64,000 nt of DNA from Lama glama (GCA_028534125.1 CM052817.1:28646001-28710000), one strand, 5' to 3'. Positions 36,898 to 51,789 are shown, counted from the stretch's first letter. Translations and numbers: made by a program. Notes: generated by a model from the sequence alone, not told the origin.

Positions 36898-39039
36898 TAT
36901 GGTTAACTCTTATTTGTCCTTAAGAACGCAGATCATATGCCATCTGCCCCAAAACATCTTTCCTGATCCCATCAGCTGTGGGGGAGCATCCCTCTTCTGT
37001 GATCTCACAGCCTACTGCCTATCGATACACCGTCCTTCCAATTAGAGAGTGAGTTTCTTGATGGGAAAGTCCTGTTGTTGATCTCAGTATTCTCAACACA
37101 TAACACGTTGCTGAGCACATAATAATGTAGTTCTCCAGAACATAAATTGGGCTGAATTAAATTAAAATGAAATAATATGGACTGTACCAAGATTGAAAAA
37201 AAAAGAAGACTGAAAACTATGAGAGGCCAGTGTTATGGAAGCCAGGAGAAGGAGCAGCTGCATCAAATACTTCAGAGAAAGTAATTATGTCTGAAAAAAT
37301 GGTTTGTAAGTTCCAGCTAATGAACAGAGGTAAACATGTAAAGGAGCGAAGAAAAGGTGAGATAAAAAGTGAAACTAGGTGACAAAAAAAAAAAAAATCT
37401 AAGGAGGATTTTGTTTTGTTTTTAAAATGGGAAGTCATGGCATTCCCCAAAAGGTACTATAGGGTATGGAAAAGAAACAGCTTGCTCTATAATTGTTCCC
37501 AAGTGTCTCAGCTTGGATTCAATTATTTTATACTATGCATAAATACCATGTGCCCTCAGGTGTTCAAGGATAATGATGTCTAATTTTTGTTTTCTCAGTT
37601 GTCAAAGAAGTATACTTTCTAAAATAGCTGAGCAGAAATGTAATTAAACAAGCATATTTTATTACTGGAATCAGGGTATTTTGAGTTTTCAAATGTGTTT
37701 CAATTCTCAAAAGACAATTTTCCCAGAAGTTATATTTCTTCTTGCATTCTTAAGCTGATTGTGAATACATTTTGAGAAAGAAAATTTAATTTTTATCTCT
37801 TTATTAGAAATTCAATGTTTATATCTCTTTGTCAGCATCAGTGTACCATAAATCATAGGGGTAATTCTTACCTCTGCTCCAGCAAAGCTTGTCTTCACAT
37901 GTGTCCAAAATAAGAACATTACACACTTTTTACCCTTTTTGCATCTCAAAAATGAGAATACTCTGCAATACTCTGCATATACTTTCTTCTTTTCCTCTCA
38001 TTCTAGCCCCCCTAGAACCAGGAATGTAAAAGCAAATCCTGCTGAGAAAGAGAAAGTCATCTGAAGATTGAAAAATTTTGAGAAAGTAGAACACCCAACT
38101 CTGGAGCATCTCCCTTCTTATTACTCTCTAGGTATCACTGTGTTCAAGAACAGGAACTTCCAGGAGTGAGATTTTGTGAATATCAGAAGTTTTGGAGTAA
38201 AGAAGACCTTGGGATAGTCCAACACTGCAGATGCCTTTTTTTGTTTTCTTTCTTTCTCCAGTGTTCTTTGAGCCTGGTTATACACTCCTTCAGCCAGGGT
38301 TAAGATTCTATCCTGTGTGTTTCCATAGAACTTTGCATTAATCATGAAATATCATGTAACACACTTTATTGGAATTATCCTTGGAACCCATTTGGCCCAA
38401 CTTAGGCCACACATCTACCCCCTGACACAAAATACATACAGTTGTCTGGGTGGGATTAGAATTCTTAGACAAGGATTATCATGGACTAGAGAGGTGTTTA
38501 CTGTAGGGACAAAATTCTAGTCAGGACTAGGAAGAACACATGGTAGGACTGTGCATCCGAGTCTGCAGTTAAGAGTGTATTGATCATCTTCACAAATGTT
38601 GTCTTATTTAAGATATGACATTCCAGAAATATACAAATTAAAGATGGCAAAAGAACAAGGCTTGAGAAGTGGACTGGGAATATCCTAGGAGAGAAGATTC
38701 CAAAGGTAAAAAAATTGTGCTTTCTGTCAATCCTAAAAAAAATTTCTCCCTCTTTGTTTTTCTTAATGCAGCAAATCCTACTAAAATAAATAGGTGTCAC
38801 TTCAGTAAAGCCCAAAGCCCAGTTTCTAATTAGCTGTCTAAGTTTCAGAGAGATGAGAAAAAGAATTTCATGAGTAATAATTAGCAAGAGATAAAATTAA
38901 GCTGAGACTTTTCAGTTACAAAAAAGGATTTTCCCCTTTTTTTTTTACAAAGATGTGGATTTATAATTATAGTTCAAAGTTTTACTATAATCTTTCTTCA
39001 AAGTAAATGGCCTTAAACAGACCAATCAAATAGTTCTCA

Positions 39040-40270
39040 TTTTTTAACAGCTTTATTGAGATATAAATCACATGCCATAAAATTCACCCTCACAAGGACA
39101 CAATTTAGTGGGTTTTAGAGTATTCACAGAGTTGTGCAAGCATTACTATTATGTATTTTTAGAACATTTCCATCACTCCCTCAAAGAAACTTTGTAACTA
39201 TTAGCAGTGGTTTCCCTCTTATCATCTTCACATGCCTGGACCCAGTTCTAGGCAGCCACTAAGGAACTTTACATCTCAATAGATTTGCCTATTCTGGAAA
39301 TTTTATATAAACGGGATCATACCATGTGTGGTCTTTTGTGACTGGTTTCTTTCACTTAGTCTGTTTTCAGGGTTCATTCAAGTTGTGACATATACTAATA
39401 CTTTATTTTTGTTGCTGAGGAATTTCCCGTTGCATGGATATACCACAGTCTACACACTCATCAGTTGATGGGTATTTGGGCATCTACACTTTTTGGCTAT
39501 TATGAAGAATATTGATATGAACATTTATGTTCAAGCTTTTGTGTGGACATGATTTTTCAATTCTCTTGCACATATACTTACAAGTTGAATCACAGGGCCA
39601 TATGATAACCCTATTTTAACTTTTTGAGGAATTGCCAACCTCTTTTCCTAAGCAGCTGCACCATTTTGTATTCTTACCAGAGATGTGTAAGTGTTCCAGT
39701 TTCTCCACATCCTCAGCCATACCGCTGGTAGTGCATTGTATTATGATTTTGATTTGCATTTCCCTGATGAAAAATTATCTTAAGCAATTTTTCTTATGAG
39801 TTTGTTTGCCATTTGTATCTTTGGAGAAATGTGTATTCAGATCCTTTGTCCATTTTTGATTGAGTGTTTTCCCTTTTTATTGTTGAGTTGGAATTCTTTA
39901 TATATTCTAGATACAACTTCGTTATTAGATACATGATTTGAAAACATTTCTTCCCACTTTATGAGTTTTCTTTCTTGATGGTGTCCTGTCCTGTCATTTG
40001 AAACACAAAAGTTTTTAATTTCACTGAAATCCTAGTTATCTATGTTTTCTTTGGATATTCATACTTTTGATGTCATGTCTGGGAAACCATTACCTAAACT
40101 AAGGTCATGAAGATTGATGCTTATTTCCTTCTGAGAGTTTTATAATTTTAGGTCTATGATCAATTTTGAGTTAATTTTTGTGTATGATGATAGATAAGAA
40201 TCCAACTTTAATTCTTTGCATGTGAGTATCCAGTTGTCCCAAGAACATTCACTGAAAGAATATTTATCTC
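39040..40270 (-). mobile_element. L1MB-like 3' fragment
   Basis: tttttaacagctttattgagatataaatcacatgccataaaattcacc terminus and antisense ORF2 C-terminal motifs (ttgatttgcatttccctgatg; tatccagttgtcccaag). Confidence 0.9.
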
Positions 40271-41799
40271 TTAGCTGAGATATTTATGGAAAAGAATCAG
40301 ACAAATTATTGATATCATTGATAATTAGAAAGATTACTTTTAGAATTCATAGGAAAAGAAGAAATGTCTGGTTAAAGGTCATTAGACTCTTGGCTGGCAG
40401 TCTTCTGGATCTCTAGGTTAACACTTTCCTAGAAAAAACAGCAGGCCCATTATTTTCCCTCAGAAATTACTTATGCATTTCATCAGAAATACAGTTGCTT
40501 CCCAGAAGGTGGTTATCATATGTCTCACCAAAATAGTTTATTTTCCAGTTCAAGTTTAAAAAACCATTATTAGACTCTAGCAAAAGAGAGATACCAGAGT
40601 TCCACCAAATCTGTGCTTTTGACTAATAAAAGTTCTGATAAAATGTTTGTATCAAAGGAAAATATAAAACTTCATATATTGATGTGACATTTACATTTAA
40701 TCCAGTTTCAGATACTAGAAAAAAATTATTATAGCAAGTATGAGTGAATCTCTTTGCAAAAAAACAAAAACAAACAAACAATAAAACAGAAATGTTTTCA
40801 GTCATTCAAACAATCTCTAGCAAAATTATCAAGGTCCATCTCCTTTTTTGGTTGTCCAGATAGGTTAGAATCCTGGGGTGGTGTAAAAGAACAGACATCA
40901 TGTATTTTAAGAACCTGAGAGATTTTTTGTTGTTCTTGTTGTTTTGTTTGTTATTGTTGCTATTGTTGTATATTTTTATTTGAACCAGTCATTATCCCAG
41001 TCCAATCTGGACTCCAGAAACCTGTGTTTGCAAGGATTGTGTAACCCAAAATATCATAATATTTAAACAATTCTATATTTTCCAAATCAGAGAGACTGAT
41101 TTCTAACAGTCCAATGATGGAAATAATAGGAATATTCTAAATCCATTTACTAGATACAAAAGGGAAACAGAGAAGCCATTATGCAAATGATCTCCATGCA
41201 AAGGCTTTCAGAGTCACTCTGCCTAGAGGAGATGATATATAATACGGAGGAAAGGGGAAAACCAAAATGGATTTGGCTCACTTGATTTTAAGTTTAATGT
41301 TTCATTAATGATTGTCTTTTGAATGGAGATTAATTAATCATCCTTTTAGTCACCTGTTTGGTATATTTGTATTTCTGGTAATTATTCCCACATTTCTGAG
41401 CAAATAATTGTCACTTATAACAAGAATATAAGTTTCAGAAATGTAGGAACTTGATTCCTTAGGAGTCTTACTCAAAAGTTTCTTAAGATCAACTTTATGA
41501 AGTCTTTTTTAACTCTGAGAATGAACAAGTCTATTTTTGAAAGATATTTGCTTTCAAATCCTGTCTAGAGTGAGTAGCATCAATTCCAAAGGCATGGCCT
41601 ATCCCTGGAATCTAAAAGGAAATGGAAAATGGAAATACATGTGTGTGTATACGTATATCTATTATTCTTAGTTGTTCTTCTCATTGTAAATGGAAGGAAG
41701 TTTCCCCTGAATAATTTGAATTTTGGAAGGCATGAAAAGGCTATAGCTTATGACTACCCCCAAAGAAATTGAGAGTTTTTCTTAAGCTGAATCACTAGG

Positions 41800-42015
41800 T
41801 TCTATGATGCTTTCTTTAGTTCTCATCACTGTGTGACCTTAGGCACGTTCTATAGATTTTCTAAATCTCAGATTTCCAGATGTGAATTGGAGATAATAAT
41901 AACGCCTAACTCATAAAGAAGTTGAGAGGATGCCATTTAAATACTGAATACAGAAGCACATTACAAAGAATCAATACATTTTAGCCATTATTATTATTAT
42001 TATTATTATTATTAT
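41800..42015 (+). mobile_element. MIR SINE with (ATT)9 tail
   Basis: ctgtgtgaccttaggcacgtt...tggagataataataacgcctaactcata...; (ATT)n at 41987-42015. Confidence 0.75.
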
Positions 42016-43024
42016 CACAGAGGTTATAAGAGTAACTTCATAAACGACCTTCCCAGTCATCTATGATGTGTTCTGAAATTCCAAACCAGTTCCACAAATA
42101 GCCAGCTTCTTCTGGCTTTCCTCCAGGGGACCAGCAAAGGCGCTGCAGTAGCATTGCCTCGGCCAGACAGAGGACCCGAAGGGAAGTGACATCTTCATTG
42201 TAAAAAGAGGAAGCTGTTGTTTGAGTTTCCAAGTAGAGCGTATTGAACTAAATAGAAGGAAACACTCTTCAGTGAAATTTGATGGGAAACATGTGGTAGC
42301 GAATAAGTGAGAGCTAAAGGAAAATTCAAAGAGATCCACAGAGCTGAGATAGAAAGCTCAGGGTTTGTTTGTTTTTTTTTTTTTTTTCTATTTATTATCA
42401 TTTTAACAAGAAGAGTAATCAGTGTCTCAGCAATTCTCCTTGCTCAATTCATTTTTTAAACGTTGGCTTCTTCCTAAGACTGGCTTCCTTAATTGCAAAA
42501 TAACTTTCACACAGATACAATATAACTACAGATTTTCTCATTTACATGGATGTGGCAAGACTGTAGCTTTCTACAACCATCAAATTAAAGTTCTGAATTT
42601 CAGTTTGATTGGACCAACATGGACCAATAATTGTGACCAGAGCAAATACTACATGGTCACTGGTTTAGGCTTGGGTAGTTATTCATCCTTCAACCCATGA
42701 CTGTGGCAATAGGGATTGTCATTATGTTGATTTGCCCACATCAATCAGTGGGCACCCATGGAGCTAGAGGTGGGGTTAGCAGCCGTCTATATTCCATGAA
42801 TGCTACACAGGAAAAAGAGAAATACTCTTAAAAAAAGATGTGAATTTCCCAAGAAAAAAATCTGCAGTTTGGCTAAAAACAGGTGAGGAGGAGGAAATTG
42901 TTGTTAGGGAAGGAGCTGGTTAACGTTCACCCCAGATCCAATCAAAACTCACTTCAAGTTCAGTTGGTAAAAAAAAAAAACAAAAAAAAAAACCTCTTTT
43001 ATTGAAAAATGGGCAAATATGAAG

Positions 43025-43262
43025 AGATAATAGCTACCATGTATTGATTTTGCCATGCACTCTGGTACTGGAAATGTTCAAAATATCTTCTGTAAGTCTT
43101 GAAACATTTGGTATGAAAGTGTAGTTTTAATTTCCCTCATTTCACAGAATGATGACTCAGAGAATTTGAGATACTTGCTCCATGGGCACAAATCTAACAA
43201 GGTATGGAACCAGAATTCGAGCCCAGTTATGTTTGACTCCAAAGCTTTTTCTCTTTGTCCAC
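43025..43262 (-). mobile_element. MIR SINE
   Basis: catttcacagaatgatgactcagagaatttgagatacttgctc...agaattcgagcccagttatgtttgactccaaagc. Confidence 0.75.
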
Positions 43263-43559
43263 CACCCTGCAATACCTCCTCCTGATGTTGCAAAAAAAAA
43301 AAGACATTTCCAGGGCAATAAATAACATATTTAAGACTCTTTGCTGGAGGCAGTGATGAAAAACAATTTTTTATTTAGAATGTAATAAACAGTCATAAAA
43401 TAAGTAGGAGTATAAATTAACATAAACTTTTTGGAAGGGAACATCATAATATGCACCAAAACTTACATCATAGATAGTTTTTGTTCTTTCCATTTCACTG
43501 TTAGAGAATACAATTTTAAGTTTGAAAAAATACGGGTACAAGGATATTAATTGCAGTAG

Positions 43560-43870
43560 TTGGTGGAATAAGATAGGAGATAACCAAAAGCATATGTGTT
43601 AGAGGGAGGTGAGAGGGAGGTTGCAGTGTTAAAGAGAATGGTGAGCAAGGACCTTATCGGGAAGGTGAGATTTGAAACTTGCAGAAGTAAGGAAGGGCAT
43701 TCCAGAGTGTGGAACAACTTGAAGCAGTATACTAGGATGGGAATATGCCCAGCAAGTTTAAAAAGCAGCAGGGAGGCCAACATGGCTGGAAAAGTACCAG
43801 GGAGGGTGAACGTAGGAGATGAAGGCAGAGGCTCAACTGAAGACCGCCCAAGGCATTTCAAGCCTTGAAG
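43560..43870 (-). mobile_element. L2 fragment
   Basis: gggaaggtgagatttgaaact...gcaagtttaaaaagcagcagggaggccaacatggctggaa. Confidence 0.7.
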
Positions 43871-44847
43871 GGACCTGTACTCATAAACACTACTTGATAT
43901 GGCCTCTTTGAATAGGTGTGCAGACTTAGATTGTGTGTATACATATACACTAGAGTGTGAGAGCAGTTCATCTAAAGATTGGGCAGCTGACATAGAGGAG
44001 AGATGGGTGCTAGCAAGTAGGAGGCTGAAGTGACAGGTTTGAGAAGATGATGAATTAATTAACTTTATTTATGTCCTGCAGGAGGAGGGACAGATGATGG
44101 CATACCTTTAGAGAGACAGAGAATGAGCATGCTGATTCTCTTTCTTGGCTATAGGAAAAGAAGGCTATTTTGATTAGAGATGGGTTGGAGGGAAATAGTT
44201 ATTTCATAGCTCAGTTCATGTACTGTGAAGAGACTGAGTTGATGTTTGAGAAAAATTCTGAAAAAACATAATTTGTTTGCCACCAAAAAAAAAAGAAAAG
44301 CAAGGAGACAAAAGCCACTTTGAAGGGAACATAGGAAATGTGATTCTCCAATTAATTTGGAGACTCAATAAAAAATTCGATTTTTTTCTTCTTAAGATTT
44401 TGTTTTTCAAGCATGGATTAATTACTCCCATAAATTGTCCCAGGAAAAATTAGATATTATACTTAATTGGTCTCTCTTTCTGCATAAAATCAATGTACTT
44501 ATTTTAATATCACTTTAAATTACAGGAATTCCACAGAAATGCATAAAAATAAATTGCTAACAGTGTATATGAATTCTATTTTCTATTTTTATTGCAATCT
44601 AGTAACTTGGGAAAAGTTGGTTCTTAATTGCTTCAGGTGATTGTGTCTACCAAATAATTTAGTATAGAGAGAATTAAGTGGCTATTGATTAGAACTCAAT
44701 GAATTTCCTAATTAATTTTAAAATTTAAAAATGTAACTCTTAGTTATTTTTTGGATTTGCTGCCCCATTCTTTTTTCCTTTTACTTGTATGATACCACTA
44801 CAGTTGCAGCCAGGCTAGTCCTGGAGAATGACTCAGCGACAAAGTGA

Positions 44848-45062
44848 AAACACAAAACTACTATATATAAATAGATAAACAACAAGGTTCTACTGTATAG
44901 CATGGGGAACTATATTCAATACCTTGTAATGGACTTTAATAAAAAAGAATATGAAAAGGAATGTATATATATACACACACACAAATTAATCACTATATTA
45001 CATACCAGAAATTAACACAATATTGTAAATCAACTATAGTTCAATAATAAAATTTTTAAAAA
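44848..45062 (+). mobile_element. L1 3'-end fragment (artiodactyl type)
   Basis: atagataaacaacaaggttctactgtatagcatggggaactatattcaataccttgtaat...ttgtaaatcaactatagttcaataa; related to 7165-7370. Confidence 0.85.
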
Positions 45063-45699
45063 ATGGATAAGATTGAGGGCAACATACAACAAAAGAGGAC
45101 TTGAGAGAAGATGAAGATGGCAGATGGAAGGAAACTCAGGAGACCTTGCAAGGAGAAGGGAAAGGGAAGCTTTCCAGGTTCTCAGGTCCTTTAGCCACAT
45201 CACAGTCAGGTAAACAATTAATGTGAGGAAAAAATACACAGTTCAGCTTCTACGTGTGAAAAGAAATTACATTTTTTTTGTTTGTAAGAATGCAAATACC
45301 TTATCAGTTGAAAAATAAATTTAAAAGTTCTTCCTTCCTAGACACATTAATTTGATACAATTTCTAATCAGTTAGTTGCTCGAGTGAATAATCCAGAAAA
45401 TCTGCAGCAATTTGGAGGACAATTGTCATTAACTTCATAAAGAGGAATTAATAAATGCACTATAGGAGTCCTGTACCCTGGAGACTTATTTTATTGGTAA
45501 ATATGGTCAAGAATGTGACACAATTCCTAGTATCAGAAGAAGCAACATTTAAAATATGATAATCTTGCAGGTAAACGATGTAATTCTTTTATACAATTAG
45601 TATTGATTGGCTGTGGTGACATTCCACTTCCTATCAGGTGGAGCCTACCTACCTAGTTTCCCTCATCTTGTTTCTCCTCTTAGCTCACTCTCCAGTTCT

Positions 45700-46635
45700 C
45701 CTCAGTCTCCTCTGCTCATTCCAGCTCTTCAGCTTGACTTGAAAATTTTGCTGGGTCCTTATCCTTGGAACTCCTCTCTTTTCTAACTTCATGGGCTTTC
45801 TAGACAAAATCATTGGTTTTAAGGCCTTAAATACAGTATACATGCTGATTTGTCCTTTAATCAATTCTCTTGTTTAAATTTCAGGTTCATATTTATATTT
45901 ATTTGTGTTATATTTATTTGTATTATATTTATTTTATATTAGACCCATCAAAATTGAGCTCTTGAATTTCTTCCTAAGACTTCTCTATCTCCAGTGTTCT
46001 TCATCCCCAGTAACAACTCCATCATTTCATTTTCTCATGTCAAAAACATGAGTCATTCTTGACTCCTCTCCTTCTCACACACTATAAAAACAATGTTGGG
46101 TCCTTCAAAAGATATTCAGAATTGATTATTTATGTTACTACCCTGGTCCTTGCCTCATTCATCCCTCACCAGACCTTCTGCTCTCACTCTTGCCCTTTTA
46201 AGTCTATTTTCAAATATATGGTGAAAGTGATTGATCCCTTTAATATCAATGCAGTTGTATCTCTCTTCTGCTTTTAACTTTCTGGTGGGATCTTATCTTA
46301 CATAGAATAAGTGCATAAATTTTGCAATGAAATACAAGGCTCTCAAAAGATCCTTCACCTTCTTATGTCTCTTCCCTTACTATACACATACCATTATATA
46401 AACAATTCTTCCCTAGACCTGCACTAGATACTTTACTAAACTATATACACTCCATGCATACTCTTAATGGTTCATTCTTCTTAGAACACTCTTCCCTCAG
46501 ATTTCTGATTGACTGATGTCCCCACCGTTTTCATGTTACCTTTTCAATGAAGCTTTCCCTACTCTGAATTTAAAATTACAACTTTTCCCCTAACATTTCC
46601 TTGTCCACTTCCCTGCTTTGTTTCTCTCTGTAGCA
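45700..46635 (+). mobile_element. L2 LINE fragment
   Basis: aaaacatgagtcattcttgactcctctcccttctcacac...tagcactcattattatctgacatac. Confidence 0.7.
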
Positions 46636-46845
46636 CTCATTATTATCTGACATACCATGAAGGTGGCAAAGGTCATTAGATTCTCTTCGATCAACAGCAT
46701 TTGTTTTCAATTCAATTTTTTAACTTTAGATTTTATATATACTACATATAGAAGATGAGCTTTACTTTAAATGAGATTTAAATATGCATTCCAGGTTTCT
46801 TTTATAACATTTATAAACATTAGAAAATGTATGAGACCAAGCCAT

Positions 46846-47266
46846 TGTGTTAGTTTGCTAGAATGGCCATAAAAATAATTACCACACACTACATGGCTTA
46901 CACAACAGAAATTTGTTTTCTCATAGTTCTATAGACCAGAAGTCCAAGATCAAGGTGTAAGCAGGGTTGGTTTCTTCTGAAAGAAGAATCTGTTTCAGGC
47001 CTCTGCCCTTGGCTTTTTCAGGTGGCCATCTTTTCCCTGTGTTTTTATATTATCTTCTTTCTGTCTCTGTCTATATCCAGATTCCTTCTTCTTATAAAGA
47101 TACATACATTAGATTAGGTCCCACACTACTTACCTCATTTTAACTTAATGACCTCTGTTAAGATCCTATCTCAAATATGGTCACATTCTGAGGTACTGGA
47201 AATTAGAAACTCCAACATATGAATTTGGGAGACAGCTGGTGGGGAGATACAGTTCAGCCCATGACA
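46846..47266 (-). mobile_element. MLT1A-like MaLR solo LTR
   Basis: TG...CA ends (tgtgttagtttgctag...ttcagcccatgaca), TSD gccat/tccat, internal gaccagaagtccaagatcaaggtg and ggtcacattctgaggtactgg. Confidence 0.9.
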
Positions 47267-49119
47267 TCCATTAATTCATACTCAATATCATGAATCTGAA
47301 AGTTAACTGACTCTGAATTAAATACAGATATTGTGAAGGAGTGTCTACTGGTGGAAGGGTAAGGAGAAAACATGAAAGAGTAGATTAACAAATAGAATGC
47401 ATTGGATTTGGATGTTCAGTCACCATTCATGTCCTAGGAGACTTTTCACATCCACTGCTAGCCTAGTCCACCAAATAGAATATTGTTAAAACACAATCTG
47501 TTGCCACCTCACCAAAGGATGTCTTAACTTGTGACTTAGACCTAACCCTCAGACATAGAATCATAGAGTTGTTTGTTGAAAGTTAGAGACATACAAGTTG
47601 TACCTAGTTGTGTTTAAACTCTTACCCTTGATATTTTATGAAAGAAATTGGCTTCAAGAATGCTGAATTGAAAATGTTATTTTGATTATTCATTTCTTAG
47701 GCCTTAGACTTTTTGACTTTCCCAGACCACTGAAATCTGAATAAATGCCTGAAAACATGCACACCCACACACACACAAAAGACTGCTGTTGTATTTATCA
47801 ACTGATTTTTTTTTTTTTTGGAAGCCTGCTTAGGAGACTTCAACCTGGTGCGTGCAGAAAATAGGTTATTGTTGGGTTTTGTGTTGTTTTGAATCCTCAA
47901 ATCTCAGCTACACTATTTATCTTGGAAATGAGTTTAGTTTACATGATTAATTTTTATAAAAATTCAAGATGAGAAACTGGAAGTTTTAAACATTCTGTGT
48001 TTGCCAACACTTGGTTCATTGGGCTTATCTGGAAATTAGACACCTGCACTACAAATAAATTATAATTATTTTTAAGTCTGCTTGCTGGGGAATCACTATT
48101 ATGTTAGAATTCAGGTCATGACAGGTTTTGAATGTCAAATTCACGGTGAATAATCATGGAGCTAATTTGTCTAACTCTTTTGCTTCCAACATTTCTGTAA
48201 ATCCTTTGGCTTCCTGTTCAGAGAATTCAGGTACAGAATTTTGGGGATTCTTCAATCTGATTCCTGAAAAATTTGATAGGAATGGCTGATCCCAAAGTCT
48301 CAGAACTTACAGCAATCTCATTTTAGAAGTTTACGAAAAATGTGCAGATGATTGTTGAAAATTCCCTCAGGGGTCAACACTAAGCATTCCAAAAAACTTC
48401 AGCAGCACCGTCCACTGACCAAAAGCAGGGTATAGGAACCATTAATAATAGGCCCAACATGAACACTGGCCAGTCGGCTTGGGCAGCTAACAACCAATCA
48501 CAGATGGCTCTAGTTCTAAGCAAATGAAATAACCCTTCTGGTGCGTATCAACTATCAGGCCTGTTTACAACTCTGGCAGAATGGCTTCGAATACTCATCT
48601 TGCTGTGTGACTTTTAGAAAGTCTTTCAACTCTCTGAACTGCTGCTTTGTTTTGTTTTCTTTCTGTGTCCTGTATCCTGGAAATTATACTGCCTACTTCA
48701 TGGAATTTTTATAGGATTAAAATGTAAATGGATAATTAAACAAGATATCTCTCAAGCTCTCAACACATAAGCATGCATAAGTGCACATATATGTTTGCAA
48801 ATCTATGCATTAGAAGTTTCCCAAACGTTTTCTCCACTGATTTGGAGTTTATTATTTCAAAAAGACTATTTGGGGTAACCAAGAATAAAAGACCTAAACA
48901 ATGTGAAGATATTGAGAATTTTCTTCTTTGAGTATTTTTTCCAGATGGTGCTTAATTGCTTAAGAAGAGCCAGGCATTATGAGATATTATAAGAAAAAAA
49001 CCCAAAAACCAGAGTTTCATTATTATGACTTAGTGTTTGGTTGACTTAGGGAATAAATATGTTGAAAATTTTATTTACTAATGATGATAATAAAAATAAC
49101 AATATTAATAATATGAATT

Positions 49120-49370
49120 AATAATATGAATTAATGTGGTTAATACAATGTTCCAGACATTGTTTTAACTGATTTCCATATATTAACTTATTTAGCCTTG
49201 ACTATGGAGTATTTATTATCATTGTTCCCTCTTTATAGATAGGAAACTGAGGAAGAAAAATCAAAGCATTGTGACACTGTGACCAAGATCATATTCCGTA
49301 AGCAACAGAGCTGGGTCTTGAACCCAAGTAATCAGATTCCAGAGTCTATGTGTGTGACAACTTCACCACT
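49120..49370 (-). mobile_element. MIR SINE
   Basis: tttatagataggaaactgagg...gtaagcaacagagctgggtcttgaacccaag. Confidence 0.75.
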
Positions 49371-51174
49371 TTTCCTTTGTGCATTTCCATGTGCCAAAAA
49401 TTTTGGCAAGTTCTTTCGTTCACCTTATAACATTAATGCTCAGATTGGATTCCTGTCTCAACTCTATGGGATAAGACTCAAAAACATTTAATGATTTAAA
49501 AATCAAGTTCCTAAGAAGAGACAGATACAGCATCTTCACCTAGGACTTCAAATCCTGTGTCCTATGCAGCAGTTGTATTATATTGAACATTTTATAAACA
49601 TTTTTAGCTGTCGTTATTTAATTAATTTTAAGTTGGCAAAAGTGTTCCGTCTTCTTTATCCAAGTTAATTTTTCTGGCTGAGGTTGTAAATGTAATCTGA
49701 AAGCAGGTCTGCTATGTGTAACACCTGGAGCAAGCAACAGAATGGACTGTGATTGTAACGGTAGGTTCTGCTTTACAGCCACTAAAATAGAATTGCACTA
49801 TTTGAGAGACTGCCAGTTTTCATTTGGGTGACATCTGGATGTTCCTATAAAATATCTCAAGCAATGGCTAATAAAAGATATTGATCATTGAGAACTCCAA
49901 ATTCTCAAGGTATAACTTGTCAAGAATGGTAGAGACAAAAAAATCCACTGAGTCCACAGTTTCCTCCTCTCGAGGTAAAATGTGTTCCCCCATAAAGAGA
50001 AATGAACGCAAGGGCATCACTCTAAAGGGCCGTGACTGATTACCTGGGTGACTAGTAGCAATCAGTCTCTTCCTTTTGAATCACACCTCATATGTCACAA
50101 CTCAAAGAGCCTTAATGCCTGCAAATGTCTGCACCTAGGAAGAACAAGTAATGAATTCATGGATTGCCTTTCTTTCTATACTTCATTTGGAAAGCTAATT
50201 GTTTGGGGAATAGACTCTCCCTGGCTCATTGGGTTAATAATACAGGAAACTCTAGAAATTTCACAAATCTTGCATTTCACAGTAGGAAGCCAAACTCAGC
50301 CTAAATGAACAATTCTCTCTTAACCTACACTTGTGAGAAAAGCAGACAGCCTTACTCATTATTAAAATGTAAACAGATAGTGAATGAATTTACTAACTAT
50401 TCTTTCCTGCTGGGGCATTTAGCCTTTGGGTAGCCGTTAGCTCTAAAATACAAATAAAGTAAATCCTCATTAATTTGAAGCAACAGATCACAAAATAGAA
50501 CATTTTGTTCTCTGAAATTGATCTTTTAGCTTGACAGACCTCCACCACAAGAATGTCTCCAGATCACTCATAAGAAATAACACTGGTATTTTACCATTTT
50601 ACTATTTTTGCATTAATTAAGCATGGATCCCAAGTAGCCCAACGATGATAACATACACATGTATTTGCTTTCTGCAAGGCGAATTCAGAGTAGGACAGAA
50701 GGTTTTGAAGTTGCAGGCATTGGACCCAGAGTTGCTTATAATCCTAAGTGCATCCAGGAAAACATGTTCAATTTGTGAATGTCATCAGTTACGTGCTTTC
50801 AGAAATAAAGCAGGTTGAGAACCACTGATTTAGTTGGTTAGTACTTTAAGTCTAAGTTAAAGAAAATATCAATTCTCATAGTCAAAATTGTATACAAGCA
50901 GAACTAACAGATACCCAGCCCTTGTCCTCTAAGGTTTATGTTATAAGGTAAGCATTGCTATCACAGACTAATAAAGTAACGTACTCATGTATGACACAGT
51001 AAAAGCATAATGATAATAATAGCACTGCTAATAATAGCAATAATTCAGGTACTGCGTATATAACAGATACTCCATCTTTTGCCTGTATTCCTCCCAACAG
51101 CCCATGAAGGTAATGTTATTTTCCCCATTTTTAGAGGAGAAATGCAAGTCTGAGAGAGGATAAAAACTTACCCC

Positions 51175-51789
51175 TGTAGTCAACTATGGGAGCCGTGACT
51201 GGGTTAATAAATTGTAACAGATCCCAGCCACTTACCTCTTTAAAGGAGATGTGCTTAGTAACTGCCTTGAGGTTTTAGCAATGACCCAGGCCCCTGGCTA
51301 TAAATGCTGGGTGTGCCTGCTGTTAGTCTTCTATCCCCAAAACAGCCTTGGGCTGGAATGGTAAAAAGCTGCAGATTCAGAGGTGAGAAGGCTGGTTAGC
51401 CAATGATGGGTAAGATCCCCTGAGGGGGAAACCCAAGACAGGCACAGCCTGAGTCCAAGAAAAATCTTGTTAAGCAGCTGATTCTCATACGTTCCGCCCT
51501 GATAAGCTGAAAGGCTCAACACGAATATGATTTACCAAAAAGGGTCTTCTGACCTTGAGCCAAACACCAACAATAAACAAAGCCTTTGTACTCAATGTGA
51601 TCCCACCCTGTCCTTCCCTAAAATCCTGCATTTCTCCTTTGACTGTACTCAGTAAATATGAGAGATTTGAGAGGCTCAAGGAGTTGGCTCCTGACTCCCT
51701 CTTGGTCTCTTGACTTTTCCAGAGAGTCTTGAGTAATTCATTCTGTCTCAGTAGGGCTTCTGCTGGCCAGAACCCACAACTGGTGACGA
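51175..51789 (+). mobile_element. MER54/73/74-group ERVL solo LTR inserted in a MIR
   Basis: Internal ggctggttagccaatgatgggtaagatcccc; terminus gtagggcttctgctggccagaacccacaactggtgacga. MIR halves flank it (gagaggataaaaacttacccc | cacagtcaacaaatagtggaggcaagatttaagcctag). Confidence 0.7.

Noticed and set aside
42128..42146. CTCF-like motif ccagcaaaggcgc
   Set aside because: One base short and lacks the central G-rich core.
43547..43993. 148-aa ORF and overlapping 90-aa ORF
   Set aside because: Lie largely within a decayed L2; no recognisable domain or splice context.
44828..44837. ARE/MARE-like ATGACTCAGC (also at 14469-14478)
   Set aside because: Isolated motifs with no supporting context; one lies inside the ERVL remnant.
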